Below, in pieces: positions 52,382-62,772 of a stretch of DNA of 64,000 bases; position 1 is the stretch's first letter, and every line of letters begins with the position of its first letter. The notes beneath the pieces were generated by a model that did not search any database, was not told where the DNA came from, and saw only the letters and a program-made list of their open reading frames with translations. The DNA comes from Alphaproteobacteria bacterium (lineage in GTDB: Bacteria; Pseudomonadota; Alphaproteobacteria; JANQMY01): NCBI GenBank assembly GCA_965227095.1, contig CBDDFL010000001.1:3039-67038 (forward strand). The letters run 5' to 3'. The translations under genes were made by a program, and so were the position numbers.

Positions 52382-52670
52382 GCGCAAAGCCAAGGCCAAT
52401 GAAGAAAGACACCACGCCGGAGATCGTCTTGAACTCGCGGATCTTGATATCGTTGTAAGTCGTCCGGGTGCGCGCAGTGACGAGGAGCTTTTCCACCCCG
52501 TCATCAGAGACAACGCGCATGATCCAGACCCCGTAATAGCTGGGGCCTTTCTTATGTGCCGACTCCTGGCACAGGATTTCTGCGCTATAGCCGCTTTCCA
52601 CGAGTTCGCGGAACCTGGCTTCCGTAACCACATTTGGTGCTTCGATGTCCCAGTTCATGGCCCGGCTCAC
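52290..52670 (-). CDS. Hypothetical protein, first ORF of the T4SS operon
   Basis: 126-aa ORF downstream of a 14-bp palindrome-containing intergenic region. No family recognised. Confidence 0.4.
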   Translation of the reverse strand: MSRAMNWDIEAPNVVTEARFRELVESGYSAEILCQESAHKKGPSYYGVWIMRVVSDDGVEKLLVTARTRTTYNDIKIREFKTISGVVSFFIGLGFAHVDLPLEAGTSRTHKLAPPDKAPSDKGTGN

Positions 52671-52722
52671 GCTTTCTCCAATGGCGCGACCCCAGGCATT
52701 CCTACTTGAAGCCCAGAGTTAC

Positions 52723-52736
52723 GATAGTATACTATC
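52723..52736. promoter_or_regulatory. Perfect 14-bp palindrome in the T4SS upstream region
   Basis: GATAGTATACTATC lies between the divergent ORFs at 52670 and 52800. Confidence 0.45.
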
Positions 52737-52799
52737 AACCGCAAGATGTAATATCATGCTTTGGCTGTAGTTTGGTCACGCAAACACTAGTCTCGGCCA

Positions 52800-53120
52800 G
52801 TGTCCGCGATCAAGGAGATAACAGGTTTGAAAAACCCAAGGTTGACAGGCCTGCTCCCATTGCAAGCTATGGCCCTTCTGATCTGCGTCCCCGGGCCGGG
52901 TTTCACCGACTCCTGCCTCGCACCGGCCCGTCCCTTCCTGCCAAGCGATTCGCAAGCGGCCCGTGACTACGCCGACCTCATCCGTCGCGATTTCGAAGAC
53001 TACATCCAGGATATCCAGAGCTACTTCCGTTGCCACGACGACGAGCGCGCCCGTGCATTCAAGGAAGCGAGGGAGGTCAGCGAGGACTATGGCCGGTTTC
53101 TGCAATTGGTAGGGGATTGA
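52800..53120 (+). CDS. Hypothetical protein
   Basis: 106-aa ORF divergent from the T4SS operon, with a hydrophobic N-terminal stretch. Confidence 0.35.
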   Translation: MSAIKEITGLKNPRLTGLLPLQAMALLICVPGPGFTDSCLAPARPFLPSDSQAARDYADLIRRDFEDYIQDIQSYFRCHDDERARAFKEAREVSEDYGRFLQLVGD

Positions 53121-53244
53121 TGGGTTATCCGGGGAGCATCAGACTTGCAGCCCATGGAAACCCGACGCCGATAACACCCTCAAGTATCTACTTTTTAGAT
53201 AACAGATTTCATCCGCTAGCGACGTCACAAAAGGTATGTGACGC

Positions 53245-53502
53245 GTGGCAAAAACAATCAGAACAAATGGCCAGTTGGCGCTCGTCCGTGCGTTGGTTGA
53301 CGCACGTCAAAATGCGGGTCTCAGCCAGCAGCAGTTGGCGGCGAAGCTCAAACGCCACCAGTCATTTGTGGCACGTCTCGAAAGTGGCGAGCGTCGTATC
53401 GACGTCGTGGAGTTTACAGTTCTGGCGAGGGTCATTGGTTTTGACAAAGATGAAGTCCTGTCGATTATCGAAGCCGCCACGGAGCCCGACCACAGGATTT
53501 GA
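53245..53502 (+). CDS. XRE-family HTH transcriptional regulator
   Basis: LSQQQLAAKLKRHQSFVARLESGERRIDVVEF is a classic XRE HTH. The inverted repeat CGTCAC-N9-GTGACG lies just upstream of its GTG start. Confidence 0.75.
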   Translation: MAKTIRTNGQLALVRALVDARQNAGLSQQQLAAKLKRHQSFVARLESGERRIDVVEFTVLARVIGFDKDEVLSIIEAATEPDHRI

Positions 53503-54600
53503 ACCAAATGAATTGTTGAGAACACGGGAACCCATTTTCCCGGTCTGATGATCATTCCCTCATCGAGGACCAGGTAGCCAAAATCAACGAAGTCCGGCGC
53601 GCGGTCGTAGTGAACGCTCTGCAACCCCACGCCGCGATTCGCAGCGCCGCAGTGCAGGAAGTCATTAAACAGTGAACGAAGATAAGGGTGAGGGCGTCGC
53701 GATCGCCAATCTGATCGGGACCGAAGGGTGCAGTGTTGTTGGTTGGGTGTATCGCTGGAGTATAGGCGCGCATGCGGTGATGTGGGACGTCCAAGGGCCC
53801 CAGCCGGTATCGGAAACCCGGCCGGATCTCACTGCGGAACAGAAGCGGGAAATCGACTTCGATGGTTTGAAGCGGATCGGAAGCGGCGAAGGCGGATAGG
53901 CTCCTCAGCTAGCCGCCAGTTCATATTTGATGGTTGGGGTCGGCCGGCATACCGGACATTGGGGCCGCACGCGGCAAATGCGGACTCTGAGCCCTCAGGA
54001 GACCTCTCAAATTCTCGCTGCGCGCGCATGCAGCACGAAAGTTGCTGCGAGAGCGTGACGATTGGTGCCGCTTCACGGCGTGCAAGACTGCCGTTCATGC
54101 GGCGCGCAGTAACGCCGCTGCGCATCGTGTAGTGCAGCCATTCTTGCCAAGTGCCGCGAAGTATTGATCGGCATTAACCGGGTCGCGGGCCAAAGGCGAC
54201 CTTCATCATTTGATAGCCGGTCCAAGAACTGGTGGCGAACGCGACTTTAACTCGGACTCATAGTCCTTAGTATTTCGTAGCGCGCGTATCAATTTGCCGG
54301 ACCAGTTGCGAGTGACCAACAACAGTTTCGCGCCAATGGCTGCATCTGCGGCACCATCTCGGGCGATCAGTTCTATGCGATCGGCGACACCCTTGATCGC
54401 CGTCCGCGCCCCGATCCCGAAATTGTCGAGGCATCCGGCATCTGTATCCTCCGTTTTTCTAAAGTTAGCTGAGGACCACTTCACTGCAGGAGGAGCAGGA
54501 TCATGAATCAACTTTGTATCGAGTATATTGCATAGTACCACCGCCACCAGTTTGTCTTGGGGCCAAGAGTCCGTAAGAAGGTGTGTGGTGTCTTGTATCC

Positions 54601-55875
54601 TCACTCCTCTCGCAGGAATGTTCGCCCTGGTGGAGCAGCGCCAATCACGTTTTCGCGCGGTTCCGGTTTGGCCAGATGCGGGTTCAGACGGTAGATCGCG
54701 TAGCTTATGCAGGCCACCACAGCCATGGTGGGGATCAGCACCGCGAACGCGACCAGCGTATCCGCAAAAAATGCGCCGATTGTGCCAACCAACACCCCTG
54801 CACCCATTTGCAGGAATCCCATCAGCGCTGCTGCCGCCCCGGCGATCCGGGGGAAGGGCGCCAGTGCGGCGGTGGACATTGCCGGCATCACGAAGGCGAT
54901 ACCGAAGGCGTAGATGCCCACCGGGACCATCACCCGGAAGGTTTTCGGGTCATCCGCCCAGAGAAGCAAGAAGATGAACAACGCCCCCAGGGCGATGGCA
55001 CCCAGCCCGGGCCAGACCAGCCGGTATGCGCTGGTTCGTTTCATGACAGATCGTGCCACCAGTGCGCCCGAGAAGAACAGCCCCGATTGTAACAGCATCG
55101 CCAGGCCGAAGCTGCTGGGGCTCAGGCCGATCTGCCCCATCAAGATGAAGGGCAACAGTGTCGCCTGCGCATAGATTGCCCCGACCGAGCCCGCAACCGT
55201 CAGGCTCGCCGTCATGAAATTCCGGTTGCCAAGGAGCCGAAGGTAAGACCTGCCCAGGGCCGCCAGCCGCAGCGGTTGCGGCGCAGGCAGGGTTTCGCGC
55301 ATCGCGACCTGCGCGACCAGCGCAACAGCAAGGCCGAAGAGGATCATCACCGCGAACACCGATTTCCACCCAACATGCAGCACGAGCAACCCGCCAATCG
55401 TCGGCGAAACCGCCGGGCCGACCGCAAGAATGATTCCGATCATGTTCATGATGCTGGACGATTCGTCGCCCTGGAAACAATCGCGTACGATAGCGCGCGA
55501 GATCGCCACCCCGGCAGACGCGCCAACCCCTTGGGCGAAGCGGGCAAAGGTCAGCGTCTCGATTGTCGGCGCCAGCAGCGCGCCCAGCGACGCTGCGCAG
55601 AAAATCGCCGCGAAGATCACCGTCACCGGACGGCGCCCGATCGCATCCGATAACGGCCCCGCGACCAGCTGGGAAATAGCGAAACCTGCGAAATAGAGCG
55701 TCAGGGTCAGTTTCACGATGCTATTGGTGGACTCGTACGCTGCAACCACGCCCGGCATCGCCGGCGTATAGAGCGCCATGGCAATCGGACCAATCGCGAC
55801 CATCAACCCGCCGATCAGGCTGACCCGCTGCGCGGTCATTAGCGGCACCGATACGAATTCGGTGGGTCTGTTCAT
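54601..55875 (-). CDS. MFS transporter (Bcr/CflA-type drug resistance transporter-like)
   Basis: 12-TM-like hydrophobic profile with GPLSDAIGRRPV (MFS motif A). Start chosen at MNRPTEF. Confidence 0.85.
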   Translation of the reverse strand: MNRPTEFVSVPLMTAQRVSLIGGLMVAIGPIAMALYTPAMPGVVAAYESTNSIVKLTLTLYFAGFAISQLVAGPLSDAIGRRPVTVIFAAIFCAASLGALLAPTIETLTFARFAQGVGASAGVAISRAIVRDCFQGDESSSIMNMIGIILAVGPAVSPTIGGLLVLHVGWKSVFAVMILFGLAVALVAQVAMRETLPAPQPLRLAALGRSYLRLLGNRNFMTASLTVAGSVGAIYAQATLLPFILMGQIGLSPSSFGLAMLLQSGLFFSGALVARSVMKRTSAYRLVWPGLGAIALGALFIFLLLWADDPKTFRVMVPVGIYAFGIAFVMPAMSTAALAPFPRIAGAAAALMGFLQMGAGVLVGTIGAFFADTLVAFAVLIPTMAVVACISYAIYRLNPHLAKPEPRENVIGAAPPGRTFLREE

Positions 55876-56055
55876 ATCGTCTCCAGTTCTGCGATGCCGC
55901 CCGTGCCGGCAGCTACATGCACCGGATCGGGCCAGCGGGCCACTTGGCCCGCTGGCCTCTCTCCCATTAGCAATGCCCAACCGCGTGACCGGACTTGAAA
56001 AACGTCCGGGATCCCGACCAGAGAGAACGGGGATTCCCTCACCGCCGCGCGATTG

Positions 56056-56982
56056 TCACAGTTTTTCGTTCAGTTCCGGCACGGCGTCGAAGAGGTCGGC
56101 GACCAGTCCGTAGTCGGCAACCTGGAAGATCGGCGCCTCTTCGTCCTTGTTGATCGCAACGATGATCTTCGAATCCTTCATGCCAGCAAGGTGCTGGATC
56201 GCGCCGGAGATACCAACCGCAACATAAAGGTCCGGGGCAACAACCTTGCCGGTCTGACCCACCTGCCAGTCGTTCGGTGCATAGCCGGAGTCGACCGCCG
56301 CACGCGACGCGCCAACGGCTGCACCAAGCTTGTCAGCCAGCGCTTCGATGATCTTGAAGTCCTCTTCCGAACCGACCCCACGACCACCGGAGACAACCAC
56401 ACCGGCGGAGGTGAGTTCCGGACGATCGCTTTCGGCAACCTTGTCCTCAACCCAGCTCGACAGGCCCGGATCAGCCGCGGCGGAAACGGTTTCAACCGGG
56501 GCTGCGCCAACTTCACCAGCGGCGTCGAAGGTCGAAGTCCGGAAGGTCACAACCTTTTTCGCGTCCGAGGATTTCACCGTCTGGATCGCGTTGCCAGCGT
56601 AGATCGGGCGTTCAAACGTGTCGGCATCAACCACGCCGGAGGCGTCGGAGATCACCATCACGTCGAGAAGCGCCGCAACCCGGGGCATCACGTTCTTGGC
56701 GTCGGTGGTGGCCGGGGCAACGATGTGGTCATAGTCACCCGCCAGCGAAACGATCAGCGCCGCGGTCGATTCCGCCAGGCGGTGGCCCAGCGAGGCGTCT
56801 TCGGCGACCAGCACCTTCGACACGCCGTCGATCTTGGCGGCAGCTTCGCCTGCGGCCGAAGCCGAGGCGCCTGCGCAAAGCGCGGTCACATCACCGAGTT
56901 TCGCAGCAGCCGTCACGGCCTTTGCGGTTGCGTCGAGCGCCAATTCACCACCGGTGACTTCTGCGAGAAGAAGAACAGCCAT
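56056..56982 (-). CDS. etfA: Electron transfer flavoprotein alpha subunit
   Basis: 308 aa. The C-terminal FAD-binding region VVSGGRG...[45 protein letters not shown] is typical of EtfA. Confidence 0.95.
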   Translation of the reverse strand: MAVLLLAEVTGGELALDATAKAVTAAAKLGDVTALCAGASASAAGEAAAKIDGVSKVLVAEDASLGHRLAESTAALIVSLAGDYDHIVAPATTDAKNVMPRVAALLDVMVISDASGVVDADTFERPIYAGNAIQTVKSSDAKKVVTFRTSTFDAAGEVGAAPVETVSAAADPGLSSWVEDKVAESDRPELTSAGVVVSGGRGVGSEEDFKIIEALADKLGAAVGASRAAVDSGYAPNDWQVGQTGKVVAPDLYVAVGISGAIQHLAGMKDSKIIVAINKDEEAPIFQVADYGLVADLFDAVPELNEKL

Positions 56983-57746
56983 TACACAGCCCCCGCTTCT
57001 TTGAGTTTCGCGACCAGCTCATCCACGGAGCCGACGATTTCGCCGGCCTTGCGGGCCTCGGGTTCAGTGGTCGATACGATCGACAGGCGCGGCGAGACAT
57101 CGACGCCGTAATCGGCGGCGGTTTTCTCGTCCAGCGGCTTTTTCTTTGCCTTCATGATGTTCGGCAAGCTCGCGTAGCGCGGCTCGTTCAGGCGCAGGTC
57201 CACGGTCACGATGGTCGGCATCTTGACCGAGATCGTCTGCAACCCGCCATCAACCTCGCGGGTGACCTTGGCGTTGTCGCCCTCGATGTCGACCTCGGAG
57301 GCAAAGGTTGCCTGCGACCAGCCGAGCAGCGCCGACAGCATCTGGCCGGTGGCGTTCATGTCGTTGTCGATCGCCTGCTTGCCGCAGAGAACGAGGTCCG
57401 GCTGCTCTTCCTCGACAACCTTGGCGAGGATCTTGGCCACCGCCAGCGGTTCGATGTCGGTGTGCACGTCATCGGCAGCCACCACAAGGATCGCCCGATC
57501 CGCACCCATTGCAAGCGCGGTCCGCAGGGTTTCCTGGGCCTGCTTGACACCGATGGAGACCGCAACGACCTCTTCAGCCTTTCCAGCTTCCTTCAGGCGG
57601 ATCGCCTCTTCGACGGCGATTTCGTCGAAGGGGTTCATCGACATTTTGACATTGGCGAGATCGACACTGCTGCCATCCGCTTTGACACGGACTTTCACGT
57701 TATAGTCGATCACGCGTTTGACAGGTACGAGCACCTTCATTGGCAT
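56982..57746 (-). CDS. etfB: Electron transfer flavoprotein beta subunit
   Basis: [19 protein letters not shown]...[11 protein letters not shown] is the typical EtfB N-terminus. Its stop overlaps the etfA start. Confidence 0.95.
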   Translation of the reverse strand: MPMKVLVPVKRVIDYNVKVRVKADGSSVDLANVKMSMNPFDEIAVEEAIRLKEAGKAEEVVAVSIGVKQAQETLRTALAMGADRAILVVAADDVHTDIEPLAVAKILAKVVEEEQPDLVLCGKQAIDNDMNATGQMLSALLGWSQATFASEVDIEGDNAKVTREVDGGLQTISVKMPTIVTVDLRLNEPRYASLPNIMKAKKKPLDEKTAADYGVDVSPRLSIVSTTEPEARKAGEIVGSVDELVAKLKEAGAV

Positions 57747-57769
57747 GGTCTCCGAGTTGTTGTTTGGAA

Positions 57770-58984
57770 TTAATAAAACGCCTGAAGGCCGGTGATTGCG
57801 CGCCCGAGGATCAGCGCGTGGACATCGTGGGTGCCTTCATAGGTGTTCACGGTTTCAAGGTTCAGCATGTGCCGAATGACGTGAAATTCTTCGGATATAC
57901 CGTTGCCGCCATGCATGTCGCGGGCGTGGCGCGCTATATCGAGCGCCTTGCCGCAGTTGTTGCGCTTGATCAGTGAGATCATTTCGGGCGCGGCGCGGCC
58001 CTCATCCATCAATCGACCGACACGCAGCGCGGCCTGCAATCCAAACGAAATATCCGTTTGCATATCGGCAAGCTTCTTCTGGAAAAGCTGTGTCTGGGCC
58101 AGCGGTTTGTTGAACTGCTTGCGGTCAAGACCGTATTGTCGCGCGGCATGAAAACAGTATTCTGCCGCCCCCAACACGCCCCAGGCGATGCCGTATCGCG
58201 CGCGATTAAGGCAACCAAACGGGCCTTTCAGACCTTCGACACCGGGCAAAAGGGCATCCTCGCCGACGGCCACGTCCTTCATCACAATTTCGCCCGTTGT
58301 CGATGCCCGTAGGGAAAGCTTGCCACCAATTTTCGGCGCGGACAGGCCCTCCATCCCCTTCTCAAGGACGAACCCGCGGATCTTGCCGCCATGAGCGTCG
58401 GATTTGGCCCAGACAACGAATACATCCGCGAAGGGGGAGTTGGAGATCCACATTTTGGAGCCATTGAGGACATAACCTTCGGCCGTTTTTCTGGCGGTGG
58501 TTTTCATCCCGGCCGGGTCCGAACCCGCATCAGGTTCAGTCAGGCCGAAACAGCCGATATATTCGCCCGATACCAGCTTTGGCAGGTACTTCTTGCGCTG
58601 TTCTTCCGACCCGTAGGCGTAGATCGGGTACATGACCAGCGACGATTGCACTGACATCATCGAGCGATAGCCACTGTCCACCCGTTCAATTTCGCGCGCG
58701 ATCAGCCCGTAGGTGACGTAAGACGCACCCAACCCGCCGTATTCTTCGGGAATGGTGACGCCAAGCAGGCCCGCCTCGCCCATTTCGCGGAATACGCCGG
58801 GGTCGTCACTTTCCTCGCTATAGGCCTTCATTACGCGGGGTTGCAGCCGGTCCTGGGCAAAGTCGTGGGCTGCGTCGCGCAGCATGCGCTCATCCTGATC
58901 CAGCTGGTCCTCGATTCGGAACGCGTCAGCCCAATCGAAGGGGCCGAGGCCGGGGCCGTTCATGTCTTTTGCCATCTCAGTCAT
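57770..58984 (-). CDS. gcdH: Glutaryl-CoA dehydrogenase
   Basis: Start chosen at [29 protein letters not shown] and the acyl-CoA dehydrogenase core are typical of GcdH. The longer ORF extension is Arg-rich and overlaps the upstream gene. Confidence 0.85.
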   Translation of the reverse strand: MTEMAKDMNGPGLGPFDWADAFRIEDQLDQDERMLRDAAHDFAQDRLQPRVMKAYSEESDDPGVFREMGEAGLLGVTIPEEYGGLGASYVTYGLIAREIERVDSGYRSMMSVQSSLVMYPIYAYGSEEQRKKYLPKLVSGEYIGCFGLTEPDAGSDPAGMKTTARKTAEGYVLNGSKMWISNSPFADVFVVWAKSDAHGGKIRGFVLEKGMEGLSAPKIGGKLSLRASTTGEIVMKDVAVGEDALLPGVEGLKGPFGCLNRARYGIAWGVLGAAEYCFHAARQYGLDRKQFNKPLAQTQLFQKKLADMQTDISFGLQAALRVGRLMDEGRAAPEMISLIKRNNCGKALDIARHARDMHGGNGISEEFHVIRHMLNLETVNTYEGTHDVHALILGRAITGLQAFY

Positions 58985-60516
58985 TCCTTTGTTGCGGGTT
59001 GGGCCAGCTGTTCCGCGAAAACGGAAGCCAGCTTTTGTTTCAGTATCTTGCCAGTCGGGGCGGCCGGAAGTTCGGTTGTCAGGATGATGCGGGAAGGGCG
59101 CTTGTAGCCCGTGAGCCGCTTGGCGACAAAAGCGGCAAGCGCGTCCTGGTCCAGCGTCGCCGGATCTGCGCATTGAACGAATGCAAGGATTTCCTCGTCG
59201 CCGTCCGTGACATTGCCTATCACCGCTGACTGAATCACATCGGGATGGTCGTTCAGCGCGGCCTCGACCTCGGGCGGGTAGACGTTGAACCCACCGCGAA
59301 TGATGAGTTCCTTGCAACGCCCGACAACGTGCAGATTGCCGACCTCGTCGATCTTTCCTAGATCACCGGTTCGAAGCCATCCGTCTGCATCAATCGTGCG
59401 GGCGGTTTCCGCCGGATTTCGGAAATACCCCTTCATGACCTGCGGCCCGCGCACGAGAATTTCACCAGCATCGGGATCGCCTGCGGCACTTACCGAAGCG
59501 TCAAGCCGGATTTCGGTCTCAGGCAACGGAAAGCCCGCGCTGATATCGGGTGAACCGATGGAATTGCGAGTACCGCAGACACCTGCAGTGCTTTCCGTCA
59601 TGCCATAGCCGTTTTGCAGGGGCAGACCATAAAAGGCCTCGGCCTTGCGTTTCCATGCCGGGTCCAGCGGGGCGGCTCCGGAGGAAACATAGCGCAGATT
59701 GCTGTTTTCCAGGCGCGAAAGCCCCTGATCCCTGGCGTATTGCATAAGCAGCGCGTGCATTTGCGGCACTGCCGGAAGGATGGTCGCCTTGTCCATCAGT
59801 GCCGCATAAAGCGCATCAGGACGGAACCGGGGTTCAAGCTGGATGGTTGCGCCGATACCGCTGGCGGCCATCAGCATGGATGCAAGCCCGAAAACATGGG
59901 TCAACGGCAGCACGCCGTAAATCCTGTCGTCCTGTCTCATGCCGCGCAACTCGGTCGAGGCCCAGCCCGCATAGCGCAGGTTGGTATGGGTCAGCATCAC
60001 GCCCTTGGGATCGCCCGTCGTGCCGGTCGTGTAGAGAAGAACGGCGGTTTCGTCCGGGCCGTCTGCGACCTGTTCCGGTGCGCTGGTCCCCGTGACGGCG
60101 ATGGCGAAACTTCCAAAAGATGTTTCCTGCGTGCCCGCGTTTGCGGTCGCAGCATGTGCCGCCGCTTCCTTGGACGCTTCGGTCGTGAAAACGGTAACGC
60201 ACGGCGTTGCATGGGTCATCACGCGGGCAATTTCGGCTGCGGTCATCCGTGCATTGATTGGCAGCGCATAGGCCCCGACGGTGCTGGCGGCAAAGATGAA
60301 AGCGGCAGTGGTGATGCAGTTTTCTGCCACAATCGCGACGCGGTCGCCTGGCTGCACGCCCCGGTTTTGCAACAGGGCTGCAGCTTCGGTGATCGCGGCC
60401 TGGTATTCGGTATATGTGACCTGATGGCCGCTGCCATCTATCAGCGCAATCGCATCGGGATAGGCACGCGCGCTGTCCTCGACAAGATGATGTATCCGGA
60501 AGCTGTATTCGGTCAT
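58981..60516 (-). CDS. AMP-dependent acyl-CoA synthetase/ligase
   Basis: [21 protein letters not shown] (AMP-binding motif), GYGMTE and TGDLG. Confidence 0.9.
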   Translation of the reverse strand: MTEYSFRIHHLVEDSARAYPDAIALIDGSGHQVTYTEYQAAITEAAALLQNRGVQPGDRVAIVAENCITTAAFIFAASTVGAYALPINARMTAAEIARVMTHATPCVTVFTTEASKEAAAHAATANAGTQETSFGSFAIAVTGTSAPEQVADGPDETAVLLYTTGTTGDPKGVMLTHTNLRYAGWASTELRGMRQDDRIYGVLPLTHVFGLASMLMAASGIGATIQLEPRFRPDALYAALMDKATILPAVPQMHALLMQYARDQGLSRLENSNLRYVSSGAAPLDPAWKRKAEAFYGLPLQNGYGMTESTAGVCGTRNSIGSPDISAGFPLPETEIRLDASVSAAGDPDAGEILVRGPQVMKGYFRNPAETARTIDADGWLRTGDLGKIDEVGNLHVVGRCKELIIRGGFNVYPPEVEAALNDHPDVIQSAVIGNVTDGDEEILAFVQCADPATLDQDALAAFVAKRLTGYKRPSRIILTTELPAAPTGKILKQKLASVFAEQLAQPATKE

Positions 60517-61535
60517 GACACCAGCACCTCTGGGCGTTGCGTTGCAAGGGGTTGGGGACGCAGGCGCGCCAGGGCGACACCTGCCTCTTGTTCCAGCTGG
60601 GCGACAATGTCTGCCAGCGGGGCGATGCCGTTGGTTAGGCCCAGAGCCTGCCCTGCGGACAACATCCCGCGCGACACATCGCCGGTCTCATAAGCCTTGC
60701 GGCCAATTGCGCCAGACACATAAGGCATCAATTCGGCAATGCCGACATCGGGGTTATCAACCTCAAGCTGCCGTACGATCTCCGTCGTTTCGTTGGTGAG
60801 GGTGCGGATGGTGTTGCGCACGCTGCTCATCGTCAATGTCGTGTCACGTTCATTGGCCGTCACCAGGGCCTGCTTGTACTGCGGGTGCGCCGAGATTTCT
60901 TCGGACACCAGAAAACGCGTGCCGATCACGACACCCGAAGCGCCGGAGGCCAAGGCCGAGACGATCTGACTGCCGGCACCGATGCCACCGCCAATCAGGA
61001 AAGGGATGTCGAGCCGACGCTCGGCGAGCGCTTGGTTGACCATGCTGCCGATCAGATCGAGCCCGGGATGGCCGCCGCATTCCGCACCGACGATGGAGAC
61101 CATGTCGACCCCAACCTCCTGCGCCTTCACGGCGTAGCGCACGCTTGGAACCTTGTGCAGCACTTTGATGCCCGCGTCGTTGAGGATCGGCAGGAAGGCC
61201 TCGGGATTGCGGCCCGAGGTTTCGACAAAACGCACGCCCTCATCTGCGATCAGGCGGAAAGTGTCCGCGATCCTCTCACCTTCGACCAGTTTGGGCAGCA
61301 TGGACACGTTGACACCAAACGTGCGATCACCGCAAAGTTCCCGACATTTCGCGATCTCCGCGCGCAGGTCGTTTGGGTCGGGAAAGCTGGCCGCCGTGAT
61401 GAAGGACATGATGCCCGCATTGGCGCCGGCAGCGACATAGGGCGCATTTGAAAGCCACATCAGACCACCCGCGACGATGGGCAGGCGGCACCCAAATGTA
61501 CGTGTAACAGCGGTTTTGAAGGTCGGATCTGTCAT
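60513..61535 (-). CDS. Nitronate monooxygenase-family (NMO/enoyl reductase-like) flavoprotein
   Basis: LPIVAGGLMWLSNAPYVAAGANAGIMSFI and GGGIGAGSQIVSALASGASGVVIGTRF. Confidence 0.8.
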   Translation of the reverse strand: MTDPTFKTAVTRTFGCRLPIVAGGLMWLSNAPYVAAGANAGIMSFITAASFPDPNDLRAEIAKCRELCGDRTFGVNVSMLPKLVEGERIADTFRLIADEGVRFVETSGRNPEAFLPILNDAGIKVLHKVPSVRYAVKAQEVGVDMVSIVGAECGGHPGLDLIGSMVNQALAERRLDIPFLIGGGIGAGSQIVSALASGASGVVIGTRFLVSEEISAHPQYKQALVTANERDTTLTMSSVRNTIRTLTNETTEIVRQLEVDNPDVGIAELMPYVSGAIGRKAYETGDVSRGMLSAGQALGLTNGIAPLADIVAQLEQEAGVALARLRPQPLATQRPEVLVS

Positions 61536-62329
61536 TTGGAGGCTCGTGCTTTGGCAAAGTCCGGACGGCGCTTTTCGAGGAATGCGGCGATGCCTTCGGC
61601 GGCTTCGGCGGCAGCAATGGCATCAGCCATCGAATCGCGTTCAGCATTCATCTGATCCAACCGGGATGACGTATGTGCGCTGTTGACTAGCGCTTTGATG
61701 CGGCCTTGCGCGTGCGTTGGTCCAGCGCCCAACCGGCCGGCCAGCGCAAGTGCCGCCGGCAGCACGTTGCTCGCCGGTTCGATCTGCGAGATTGCGCCGA
61801 GACCGAAAAGGCGTTCCGCCGTCATCGGCTCCCCGAGCAGCGCCATGCGCATCAACAGCTCGCGCGGCAGATGGGCGGCCAATGTGCTGGTCAGGCCACC
61901 GTCGGGGACAAGTCCCGCCTTGACATAGGCGACGGTGAAAGTCGCATCCCGGTCGGCCACGATCATGTCACAGGCAAAGGCAAGCGAGACCCCGGCACCA
62001 GCCGCGCCTCCTTCGACGGCGGCGATCACCGGTTTCGGGCAGTTCATCACCGCGCGGATCACGTCATGCAGTTCTTCAATGCGGGCGACACGCTGATCTC
62101 GGGGCATGTCCCGGCGGGTCGCCAGCTGACCAAGATCGCCACCGGCGCAGAAATAGCCGCCTTCGCTGCGCAGGATGACCGAGGTGATGCGAGGCTCTCT
62201 CGTCGCAAGGTCCATTGAATCGACCAATACGCGATATAGTTCCGGCGACAAGGCGTTGCGCTTTCTAGTGTTCGAATTGACGACGATCAGGCGGTCGCCA
62301 TGATCTTCGCAACGGGCAAGCTGTTGCAT
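61532..62329 (-). CDS. Enoyl-CoA hydratase/isomerase family protein
   Basis: Start chosen at MQQLARCEDHG (ATGA overlap with the thioesterase stop). NALSPELY...GGYFCAGGDL is the crotonase signature. Confidence 0.85.
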   Translation of the reverse strand: MQQLARCEDHGDRLIVVNSNTRKRNALSPELYRVLVDSMDLATREPRITSVILRSEGGYFCAGGDLGQLATRRDMPRDQRVARIEELHDVIRAVMNCPKPVIAAVEGGAAGAGVSLAFACDMIVADRDATFTVAYVKAGLVPDGGLTSTLAAHLPRELLMRMALLGEPMTAERLFGLGAISQIEPASNVLPAALALAGRLGAGPTHAQGRIKALVNSAHTSSRLDQMNAERDSMADAIAAAEAAEGIAAFLEKRRPDFAKARASK

Positions 62330-62769
62330 CACTGACCACCCCTCTTCGGTACGGTCAACTGGTCCGGCGGCACGCGTTTGAACACACCCGTTGCCGTGGC
62401 GATGAGCCAATCCGATCCGTCGCGCAATTCCCCTTTGGCGAACACCAGTGCGCGGCCACCGCCGACAATCTGACCGGTTGCGATCAATTCCGATTGGCCG
62501 GTTGCCGGGGCGATGAACTGGGTCGAAAGCGAGATGGTGAGGAATGGTGCGCGGCCGCATGGGTCGACCGACAGGCTGGCGGTCGCTCCCATCGCGCTGT
62601 CCAGCATTGTCGCGGCGATGCCGCCGTGCAGGACACCGTGTCGGTTGAGATGCAGATCCGTCATCGACAAGGTACAACGTGCGCGCATGTCCGGTTGCCC
62701 CACGTCAAGGACATAACCCATCAGGCGCTGCGCGCCGGTTTCGTTTTCGATCAGATCGCCGGGCACCAT
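62329..62769 (-). CDS. PaaI-family hotdog-fold thioesterase
   Basis: NRHGVLHGGIAATMLDSAMG is typical of PaaI/4HBT thioesterases. Confidence 0.8.
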   Translation of the reverse strand: MVPGDLIENETGAQRLMGYVLDVGQPDMRARCTLSMTDLHLNRHGVLHGGIAATMLDSAMGATASLSVDPCGRAPFLTISLSTQFIAPATGQSELIATGQIVGGGRALVFAKGELRDGSDWLIATATGVFKRVPPDQLTVPKRGGQ

Positions 62770-62772
62770 AGT

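Larger units (their letters stand above)
20596..53502. mobile_element. Conjugative-element segment (ICE or plasmid-derived) with a virB-type T4SS, backbone genes and cargo/IS insertions; right boundary uncertain
   Basis: Strawberry-notch helicase, DUF736-type and DUF2493 proteins, and a virB1-virB11-like cluster. GC-rich backbone interrupted by AT-richer cargo and two IS elements. Confidence 0.65.

Noticed and set aside
51632-52633. Full 333-aa extent of the virB1-like ORF
   Set aside because: The first ~84 codons are Ser/Arg-rich, overlap the 126-aa ORF and precede the signal-peptide-like segment. A start near 52381 or later is more plausible.
53307-53899. Short ORFs on both strands just after the XRE gene
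   Set aside because: They overlap one another and partly run antisense to the XRE gene, with no start or RBS support. They are noted only as possible gene remnants.
57770-59317. Full 515-aa extent of the glutaryl-CoA dehydrogenase ORF, and the similar N-terminal extensions of the ORFs at 61532..62677, 54601..55980 and 43742..45187
   Set aside because: The extensions are Arg/Gly-rich, overlap upstream genes and precede canonical N-termini with ATGA-type coupling. Shorter starts were used.
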